From positions 1 to 24,700 of the IMG/VR virus record IMGVR_UViG_3300034116_002793: a stretch of DNA of 24,700 bases. One strand, 5' to 3'. This DNA is from a virus (Duplodnaviria > Caudoviricetes). A model generated the notes under the pieces. That model was not told the DNA's origin. It saw only the letters and a list, made by a program, of their open reading frames with translations, and ran no database searches. This document shows positions 10,820-17,885 of the stretch, piece by piece. Each line of letters begins with the position of its first letter. The first letter of the stretch is position 1. Position numbers and translations under genes: made by a program.

Positions 10820-12661
10820 ATGCTTAAGAATATAGAAGATGAAGAACCTCAACCTACCCCAACAGCTGCAGATATTATTGCAGCTGAACTAGGTTGGAAG
10901 AAAGATATAGATTATCCAGGCTGGGGACATAATGAAGTTTACTTAAAAACTGTATCGAAGGGATACGTTCTACCTGGAGAAACTCCAAAGGATGCTTATT
11001 GGAGAGTTTCAACTGCTGTTGCTCGAAGACTTAAGAGACCTGAACTTGCTTCTAAATTCTTTGACTATATTTTTAGAGGATGGTTAAATTTAGCCACTCC
11101 AGTATTTTCAAATACTGGTACTGAACGCGGTTTACCTATTTCTTGTTTTGGTGTTGATGTAGCTGATTCAATTGCAGATATTGGAAGTAAGAACTTAGAA
11201 CTTATGCTTCTTGCTAAACATGGTGGAGGAGTTGGAGTTGGCGTAAATCAAATTAGATCTGCTGGATCTCCTATTTCTCAAAATGGTACCTCTGATGGAG
11301 TTGTTCCATTTTGTAAAATATACGATTCATCAGTTCTTGCTACAAATCAAGGAAATGTTCGTAGAGGAGCAGCATCAGTTAACATGGATATTGAACATGG
11401 TGATTTTTGGGATTGGCTTGAAATTAGAGAACCTAAAGGAGATGTAAACAGACAATGTTTAAACTTACATCAGTGTGTAGTTATCTCAGATGATTTTATG
11501 CAAAAGGTAGAACACGGAGATAAAGAAGCTAGGCGTAGATGGACTGCAGTTATTAGAAAACGTAAATCTACTGGCGAACCATATATTATGTATAAAGGTA
11601 ATGTTAATAGACAAAGCCCAGAAGCATATAAAAAGAATGGACTTAAAGTTTACATGACAAATATATGTTCGGAAATTACTCTTCATACTGATGAGAGTCA
11701 CTCTTTTGTATGTTGTCTATCTTCCTTAAATCTTGCAAAATACGATGAATGGAAAGATACTGATTTGATTTATACTGCTACTTGGTTCTTAGATGGAGTT
11801 CTTGAAGAATTTATTCAAAGAGCAAAATATATGAGAGGCTTTGAAAACTCAGTTCGTTCTGCTGAAAAAGGTAGAGCGTTAGGATTAGGCGTTCTTGGGT
11901 GGCACACTTATTTACAAAATAAAAATATTCCATTTGATTCTCTTCCAGCTCAATTTGAGACTAGAAAAATATTTTCTCAGCTTAAAATAGAAAGTGAAAG
12001 AGCAAGTAGAGATATGGCTCGTGAATATGGTGAACCTTTATGGTGTGTTGGTACAGGAATGAGAAATACTCATCAACGTGCAATTGCACCAACTGTTTCT
12101 AATTCTAAATTAAGTGGAAATGTTTCAGCTGGTATTGAACCGTGGGCAGCTAATGTATTTACTGAACAGACTGCTAAAGGTACATTTATTAGAAAAAATC
12201 CATCTCTTGAAAAAGTTCTTGAAAAAATAGGATTTGATACTAAAGAAACTTGGGATCAAATCCTAGTCGATGGCGGATCAGTTCAAGGATTAGATTTTAT
12301 GGATAATTATAGAGTTAAACTTGGAGAAGCAAGTAATCCAATTACTTTAACTAAATTTTTAAAACTTCCAGAAATTGAACAGGGTAATTATATTCCATTA
12401 AAAGATGTATTTCTTACCTTTAAAGAATTAAATCAATTAGAGATAGTTCGACAAGCAGGATTACGCCAACAATATATAGATCAATCAGTTTCATTAAATC
12501 TTGCATTTCCTATTGAAGCTGAACCTAAGTTTATAAATCAAGTTCACTTAGAGGCATATAATGTAGGAATTAAAACTCTCTATTATATGCGAACTGAATC
12601 TGTTCTTAGAGGAGATATTGCAGCGAGATCAATGGTAGACTGTTTAAGTTGCGATGGGTAA
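10820..12661 (+). CDS. nrdA: Class I ribonucleotide reductase alpha subunit (short, no ATP cone)
   Basis: ATPVFSN, PISCF, GGGVG, RRGA, TNICSEI, VCCLSSLNL, AIAPT, KTLYY and C-terminal CLSCDG. Confidence 0.96.
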   Translation: MLKNIEDEEPQPTPTAADIIAAELGWKKDIDYPGWGHNEVYLKTVSKGYVLPGETPKDAYWRVSTAVARRLKRPELASKFFDYIFRGWLNLATPVFSNTGTERGLPISCFGVDVADSIADIGSKNLELMLLAKHGGGVGVGVNQIRSAGSPISQNGTSDGVVPFCKIYDSSVLATNQGNVRRGAASVNMDIEHGDFWDWLEIREPKGDVNRQCLNLHQCVVISDDFMQKVEHGDKEARRRWTAVIRKRKSTGEPYIMYKGNVNRQSPEAYKKNGLKVYMTNICSEITLHTDESHSFVCCLSSLNLAKYDEWKDTDLIYTATWFLDGVLEEFIQRAKYMRGFENSVRSAEKGRALGLGVLGWHTYLQNKNIPFDSLPAQFETRKIFSQLKIESERASRDMAREYGEPLWCVGTGMRNTHQRAIAPTVSNSKLSGNVSAGIEPWAANVFTEQTAKGTFIRKNPSLEKVLEKIGFDTKETWDQILVDGGSVQGLDFMDNYRVKLGEASNPITLTKFLKLPEIEQGNYIPLKDVFLTFKELNQLEIVRQAGLRQQYIDQSVSLNLAFPIEAEPKFINQVHLEAYNVGIKTLYYMRTESVLRGDIAARSMVDCLSCDG

Positions 12662-12682
12662 GCTAAAATAAAAATATCATAT

Positions 12683-12714
12683 AAAGCAGCAAAGATTACT
12701 TTGCTGCTTTTTTT
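12683..12714 (+). terminator. Rho-independent terminator after nrdA
   Basis: AAAGCAGCAAAG-atta-CTTTGCTGCTTT followed by a T-tract. Confidence 0.85.
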
Positions 12715-12717
12715 GTT

Positions 12718-12728
12718 AGATAAATAAT
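12718..12728 (+). promoter_or_regulatory. Putative late promoter AGATAAATAAT
   Basis: Directly after the terminator and 18 nt before the ATG at 12747. Confidence 0.6.
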
Positions 12729-12746
12729 AAAAATCAACTATTGTAG

Positions 12747-13226
12747 ATGACAAATAAACACGTATCTAGCTATTATGCTTTTTTACTTGAACAGGATATG
12801 ATGGCAGGCGCTCCACCAGTAGCACCGCCGAAAGTAATATTATATCATTTTCTATTTATGACTGGATCAGATGATGCTGGAAATAGTCGACGTGTTTATC
12901 CAGATAAAAGTGTAGTAATTGAATATCCATGTTATTCACTCGATTTGCCTACGTTAGAGTCTTGGGTAAAAGATAATATTGTTTCTACTGAAAAAACCGA
13001 TTTAAATAAGTCTGAACTTGATATACGTCAAAAAAATTTAATTGATATAGTTAAAGGTGACCGTACAAATATATCAAATGACGATCTTCCATATATTGAA
13101 AAATTAAAGAATGCAGTTTCGGCTAACCTAATTGGTCGACATGAACCAGATGTTACAGTTGTTTTTTCAGGCGGTGTTCCTACTACATCAGATATAAATG
13201 TAACTTTTATAAAACATAAAAAGTAA
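12747..13226 (+). CDS. Hypothetical protein, possibly virion-internal
   Basis: 159-aa ORF; N-terminus KHVSSYYAFLLE followed by a Pro-rich linker; late-type promoter upstream. Confidence 0.7.
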   Translation: MTNKHVSSYYAFLLEQDMMAGAPPVAPPKVILYHFLFMTGSDDAGNSRRVYPDKSVVIEYPCYSLDLPTLESWVKDNIVSTEKTDLNKSELDIRQKNLIDIVKGDRTNISNDDLPYIEKLKNAVSANLIGRHEPDVTVVFSGGVPTTSDINVTFIKHKK

Positions 13227-13975
13227 TGCTTAAGTCATTCCTACAATATATAAATGAAACTATGGATCATAAAACTGAATTCATTAAAGGATTATCTCAA
13301 AATTTAATTGAGAGATTACGTACTTCACCATTTGATGAAAGTACAGAATACTCAGTATTTTCAGGAATGTCTTTTATCGAACCTTTTAATTTTAATTTAA
13401 TTTTAAATGTTCGTCGTGATACTGATCTATCTACCCATTCAGATTCCCACTTTAATTCATTACCTTGGGAAAAAATTAATTTTGATAATTTAGGATATGC
13501 AATTGATGCTAATACTAAAATGAGTAAATCTAAATTAAAAATACCTTCTATTACAATTCATATAGTCTTAAATCCTAAACTTGAACCTTTATTATATAGC
13601 AAGTTATTTTTTAGACTAATTGATATACTTGCACATGAAACAAATCACCTAGATCAATTAGGACTTAATAGAGATCCATTTAATGTAAATGTATCCAGTA
13701 ATCATGATAGAGATTCAGCAAAAAAAAGTTATCGATATTTTCTATTACCTGAGGAAATTGAATCAATGGTTGAAGGGATGTATACTCGATCTAAAGTGCA
13801 GAATATTAATTTAGATAAAATATTTGATGACTACTTACTGCCATTTATTGAATCTGAATATATTAATAAGTCAGAATATCTAAAGGTTATGCAAGTATGG
13901 ATATTTCATGCACTAGAAGTATACCCTGATTGTAAATTTTCAAATAAAGTTAAATCAATTATTGATTCTATTTAA
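13226..13975 (+). CDS. Putative zinc metallopeptidase (HEXXH), possibly head-packaged
   Basis: ILAHETNHLDQ and downstream YFLLPEEIES; N-terminus MLKSFLQYINE; TAATG coupling to the upstream ORF. Confidence 0.65.
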   Translation: MLKSFLQYINETMDHKTEFIKGLSQNLIERLRTSPFDESTEYSVFSGMSFIEPFNFNLILNVRRDTDLSTHSDSHFNSLPWEKINFDNLGYAIDANTKMSKSKLKIPSITIHIVLNPKLEPLLYSKLFFRLIDILAHETNHLDQLGLNRDPFNVNVSSNHDRDSAKKSYRYFLLPEEIESMVEGMYTRSKVQNINLDKIFDDYLLPFIESEYINKSEYLKVMQVWIFHALEVYPDCKFSNKVKSIIDSI

Positions 13976-14003
13976 AAACCGTTTTAATATATGTAGTAAA
14001 AGA
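13976..14003 (+). promoter_or_regulatory. Putative early/middle promoter AAAC-N16-GTAAAAGA
   Basis: Recurring motif, 18 nt upstream of the ATG at 14022. Confidence 0.45.
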
Positions 14004-14021
14004 CTACAAAATTAATATAAA

Positions 14022-14300
14022 ATGAACGATTTCGAAAAACTAAAAGAAGAAATTGCATTAGCTCAAGCTGCAATCTTCGATCCAATTAACACGCTTATCT
14101 TATCGGCAGAAGAAGATGCTGCTAAATATTATGGAAAAGGCGTAAAGAGTGCTGGTAATAAGCTTAAAAGAAAAATGCAAGACATTAGAAAAGTAATTAA
14201 GCATCCTGTAGTAAAAGCAGAAATGACTAAAGTTCAGGAAGGTGCAAAAAATCTTCGTCAAACATTAACTGATGAAATTACTACAAAAGTAACAGCATAA
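14022..14300 (+). CDS. Hc1 / histone H1-like nucleoid protein
   Basis: AEEDAAKYYGKGVKSAGNKLKRKMQDI...AKNLRQ resembles the small Bacteroidota 'histone H1' proteins (E.DA.KFY.KGN.AAG.R.RK.MQ). Confidence 0.7.
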   Translation: MNDFEKLKEEIALAQAAIFDPINTLILSAEEDAAKYYGKGVKSAGNKLKRKMQDIRKVIKHPVVKAEMTKVQEGAKNLRQTLTDEITTKVTA

Positions 14301-14320
14301 TTATATAACTACTACTTTTT

Positions 14321-14347
14321 AAAATGCCTCTTTTAGAGGCATTTTTT
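14321..14347 (+). terminator. Rho-independent terminator
   Basis: AAAATGCCTCT-ttt-AGAGGCATTTT then TT. Confidence 0.85.
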
Positions 14348-14355
14348 GTGTTTTA

Positions 14356-14385
14356 TGAAACTTGTCAACTAAGATGTGTATAATA
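14356..14385 (+). promoter_or_regulatory. Putative early/middle promoter TGAAAC-N16-GTATAATA
   Basis: Best copy of the recurring motif; lies after a terminator and before the SSB gene. Confidence 0.6.
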
Positions 14386-14406
14386 TATTAAAATAAAATA
14401 TTTATT

Positions 14407-15444
14407 ATGACAGATTTTTTTGATTTACCAGAAGAAACTTTTTCTAAACAGAAACAAGTAAGTACTAGAAGAACTGATCCGAACATTTATGATCCGGATC
14501 CAAATGCACACAATGGGTCGTACAAATCAGTATTTAGATTCGTACCTTACATTTTTGACAAAACAAAAAGTAAGTATACTAAATATACTGCTAAGTTTTG
14601 GAATCCATTAACTAAAGAATCATTAGTTATTGATTGCCCTTCAAATGTAGAAAAGCCTTCTATTTTATGGACAATGGAATCAGTATTACGTTCTCTTAAA
14701 AAAGAAGAACCTGAATTAGTTGAAGAGATTGGTAAAAATTTCTCTAGATGGAGCACTCACCATTCAGCAGTATACATTAAGAAAGATCCACAGAGACCTG
14801 ATCTTGAAGGATTCGTTAAAATCTTTAAATTCAGAAATCAAATTGATATGTTAATCGATCAACTTGTAAATCCTGAAGAAATGGATGGACTTACTACCTC
14901 TAGAAAAATAAATCCATTTCACCTATTAGAAGGTAAAGATTTACTTTGTATTGTTGGCAAGAAAACTAAAGACTTTAGAGACTGGTCAAAATGTAAATTT
15001 ATGGATGAAGTTACTCCATTAGTTTTTAAAGTTGGTGATACTCAAGTACAAGTTAAGAATGAAGAGAAGTCAGTTAAATTAGTTAACGAGTTCTTAACTA
15101 AAAATACTCCAAAAATGGATGAGTACTATCACCAGGAATGGACAGAAGAAACATTTGAAAAAGTTGCACAAGCAATTATATCAGCGATTCCTCATAATGA
15201 GATTTTAGAAATGATTCTTGGAAGAAGTAAAGATACTAAGATGAATGACTTAATTCGTTCTAAAATGAAAGGCGGTAAAACAGTTAAACATACTTCTTCA
15301 GTAAACGATGATCTTGAATTTACTAGTGCACCTGCAACTCCAGCAACTCCGATTATTGCATATACTCAAGAACCTGCTACAGCAGCCGTAAACTCTACTG
15401 ATTCTAACGATGATGAATATGATTCATTATTTAAAGACCTATAA
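14407..15444 (+). CDS. gp32: T4 gp32-like single-stranded DNA-binding protein
   Basis: FRFVP, DCP, VKIFKF, INPFHLLEGKD, DWSKCKF, then an Ala/Pro/Thr linker and acidic tail DDEYDSLFKDL. Confidence 0.85.
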   Translation: MTDFFDLPEETFSKQKQVSTRRTDPNIYDPDPNAHNGSYKSVFRFVPYIFDKTKSKYTKYTAKFWNPLTKESLVIDCPSNVEKPSILWTMESVLRSLKKEEPELVEEIGKNFSRWSTHHSAVYIKKDPQRPDLEGFVKIFKFRNQIDMLIDQLVNPEEMDGLTTSRKINPFHLLEGKDLLCIVGKKTKDFRDWSKCKFMDEVTPLVFKVGDTQVQVKNEEKSVKLVNEFLTKNTPKMDEYYHQEWTEETFEKVAQAIISAIPHNEILEMILGRSKDTKMNDLIRSKMKGGKTVKHTSSVNDDLEFTSAPATPATPIIAYTQEPATAAVNSTDSNDDEYDSLFKDL

Positions 15445-15458
15445 AAAAATAAAATAAT

Positions 15459-15725
15459 ATGGAAGAAAATACAGCGACTACCGCTCAACAAAATGTTCTT
15501 TTTGGAACTATCTCCTATGCTGATGATTCTGCATATGAAGAATTTATATCAACAATGAATATTAATCAAGCATTATTTGTATTAATTGCATCGGCTAATT
15601 CTTCTCAAGCAAAAGGAGCATTTAACTTGCTAGAATCTGAGACTATTTCTACTGCAATACGTACAATACGTAAAAATGGAGAGAAAAGCGAAGCTCAGCC
15701 AGTAGTTCAACATGCAAATCAATAA
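15459..15725 (+). CDS. Hypothetical protein
   Basis: 88-aa ORF in the operon; LFGTISY and GAFNLLESE. Confidence 0.75.
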   Translation: MEENTATTAQQNVLFGTISYADDSAYEEFISTMNINQALFVLIASANSSQAKGAFNLLESETISTAIRTIRKNGEKSEAQPVVQHANQ

Positions 15726-15745
15726 TAAATACTAAAAAATTAACA

Positions 15746-16885
15746 ATGGACTTAATTATAGACGGTAACGCCTTTATTAATGTCGCAATAAGCGTCACTA
15801 AATCTCAGTCTACTAGAGATAAGAGAACTGGTGATGCTTATTATGTTAATGATTTATTTAACGATAGTGGATTTATTTTAAAGGAACACGTACGAATATC
15901 ATTTAGAAATTTTTGTTTTACGTATCTAAATTCTTTAATCACTCCAATATCATCTCATCCACAACGAGTTCACATTGTATTTGATTCAGCAAGTTGGAGA
16001 AAAGAGTATACTAATGAATTTTTCAAAAATTCAGATTTTAAAACTACTTCTGCTCCTACTGAATTTAAGTATAAAGGAAATCGTAAATACGATGACCATC
16101 AATACCTTTTCTTTGAATATTTCCAAAATGTTCTTATGCCAGCAATGGCTGATCGTACTGGAATAAATCAATATAAATTTAAAGGTACTGAAGGAGATGA
16201 CATCATTGCATATTTATGTGATATTCTAAAATGTGATATCCTGATCTACACAGTAGATCAAGACATAAAGCAAACAACTGGAACTCCTGATAAAAACGTA
16301 TTAGTGATTACTCCTAAGCAGATGGCAAAACATAAGAGATTATTTAGATCTGCTCAATTAATTCCTACTGCGGCTAATGAAGAAATAGATAACTTCTTTT
16401 CTCTAAGTGATGATCACATTACTGGAGCATCAATAGAAAAAACTATTTCTAATTTACTAAATAAAGACTATGTTGAATATACTGTTGATCTAGTCGATGA
16501 TGTACTAAGTAAAATATTACTTGGTGATAAATCAGATAATATTCCAAAGATCACAAGCGTTTCTCCAGCAAAAGCTAAAAAAGTAATCTTAGCTGTCCAT
16601 GAAAAATATGGGGATGGTGTAATATCACGCATTGACGACCTAGATGATGAAGTAATTAATGGAATTGTTTCAGAAATTCAAATAGTCAATAAAATAAAAG
16701 ATCAGGATAAAATAGATGAGATCAGAGAACACTTACTATTTAATATTAAGTTAATTCGTCTCTCTATTAAAGTATTCCCAGATGAAATCAAAGATGCTCT
16801 AATTGAATTCTTTGAATCATATCAAATGACCAATTTTAGTACTCGAGAATTTACTAATTTAAAAAATAATTTATCATTAATATGA
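15746..16885 (+). CDS. rnh: T4 RNase H-like 5'-3' exonuclease / flap endonuclease
   Basis: LIIDGN, IVFD, YKGNR, EGDDIIA, TVDQD, LLGDKSDNIP. Confidence 0.9.
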   Translation: MDLIIDGNAFINVAISVTKSQSTRDKRTGDAYYVNDLFNDSGFILKEHVRISFRNFCFTYLNSLITPISSHPQRVHIVFDSASWRKEYTNEFFKNSDFKTTSAPTEFKYKGNRKYDDHQYLFFEYFQNVLMPAMADRTGINQYKFKGTEGDDIIAYLCDILKCDILIYTVDQDIKQTTGTPDKNVLVITPKQMAKHKRLFRSAQLIPTAANEEIDNFFSLSDDHITGASIEKTISNLLNKDYVEYTVDLVDDVLSKILLGDKSDNIPKITSVSPAKAKKVILAVHEKYGDGVISRIDDLDDEVINGIVSEIQIVNKIKDQDKIDEIREHLLFNIKLIRLSIKVFPDEIKDALIEFFESYQMTNFSTREFTNLKNNLSLI

Positions 16886-17181
16886 AACCTTTATACGAAC
16901 GAGTATTAGTTAAACCTAGAGATAAGGAAACTACTACAAAACAAGGAATAATGCTTCCTGAAAAAGCAGTTAAAAAACCAAATATCGGAGTTGTTATAAG
17001 TTGCGGTGATGGTACTAAAAATAATGAAATGGTGGTTAAATCGGGAGATTTAATATTATTCAACCGTTATGCTGGTGCTGAGCTAACATATCGAGGCGAA
17101 AAACACTATGTTATTATGGCAAATGAAATTATTGGAATCTTAGATGATATCAATGATATTTCATTAGAAGAATTTGAATAA
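16882..17181 (+). CDS. groES: Co-chaperonin GroES (Cpn10)
   Basis: MKPLYERVLVKP...TTKQGIMLPEKA...GVVISCGDG...VKSGDLILFNRYAGAE. Confidence 0.95.
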   Translation: MKPLYERVLVKPRDKETTTKQGIMLPEKAVKKPNIGVVISCGDGTKNNEMVVKSGDLILFNRYAGAELTYRGEKHYVIMANEIIGILDDINDISLEEFE

Positions 17182-17184
17182 TAC

Positions 17185-17214
17185 AAAAAAGGAGCTTTAA
17201 AAGCTCCTTTTTTT
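17185..17214. terminator. Bidirectional terminator between convergent genes
   Basis: AAAAAAGGAGCTT-taa-AAGCTCCTTTTTTT, with A and T tracts on both sides. Confidence 0.88.
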
Positions 17215-17815
17215 ATTTAATATCTTCACTAGTCAATAGTGAATAAGTAAATGAATTTCCGTGTAAATCTTTTGCTTTTCTACAAATTGTCATAAATTCA
17301 TTAAAGTCCTTTACCCTTTTAAATACTTGACACCCTTCACTCCAATTTTCAACATATTCTGATTCAGTTTTAGGATTAGATCTATGTCCATTAATTCCAA
17401 AAATTCCTTCTTGAATAATAGCTTCATCAAAGGTCAAATCTTTATTTTTATCTCGATAAACTTTAACCGGTTTAACTTGTCGCATAGCTTCATATTTTCC
17501 TTGGTGTAAACCAATAGCCCACATTCCACGATATTGTCCAGGAACAACTCTAGCTACTCCATTTGGATTATGATATTCGTATACTGCTTTCTTTCCAGGA
17601 TCAGTCGTTATTTTCCAAGAATAAAATTTCCATTCTCCTCCTTCTTTAAATGAAATAGTTAAAGTATCATCAAATATATTTGTAACTTTTCTTCCTTCTA
17701 CTAGATTTCTAACCCCTACAATATTAACATCATATCCTTTATTTTCAGAATCATCAAACCATATGTATCCTTTTGCTTTAAGTGCAATTTCTATTTGCTC
17801 TCGTGTATAACTCAT
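17213..17815 (-). CDS. Putative YkuD/L,D-transpeptidase-like cell-wall enzyme (candidate endolysin)
   Basis: GINGHRS...NWSEGCQV fits the His...S.GC catalytic pattern of L,D-transpeptidase-fold enzymes. Confidence 0.55.
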   Translation of the reverse strand: MSYTREQIEIALKAKGYIWFDDSENKGYDVNIVGVRNLVEGRKVTNIFDDTLTISFKEGGEWKFYSWKITTDPGKKAVYEYHNPNGVARVVPGQYRGMWAIGLHQGKYEAMRQVKPVKVYRDKNKDLTFDEAIIQEGIFGINGHRSNPKTESEYVENWSEGCQVFKRVKDFNEFMTICRKAKDLHGNSFTYSLLTSEDIK

Positions 17816-17832
17816 ACTTTAAAACTTTTTTC

Positions 17833-17867
17833 AAAAAAAAGCAGTAGAATTAATAACTCTACTGCTT
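17833..17867 (-). terminator. Rho-independent terminator after the tail sheath gene
   Basis: AAGCAGTAGA...TCTACTGCTT stem; the A8 tract on + is the U-tract on -. Confidence 0.75.
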
Positions 17868-17885
17868 CTTATATTTTTTAATTAA

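Noticed and set aside
11486-11701. 71-aa minus-strand ORF
   Set aside because: Antisense to nrdA.
14547-14756. 69-aa minus-strand ORF
   Set aside because: Antisense to the gp32-like gene.
15975-16166. 63-aa alternative-frame ORF
   Set aside because: Nested out of frame in the RNase H-like gene, with no independent support.
16854-17063. 69-aa minus-strand ORF
   Set aside because: Antisense to groES.
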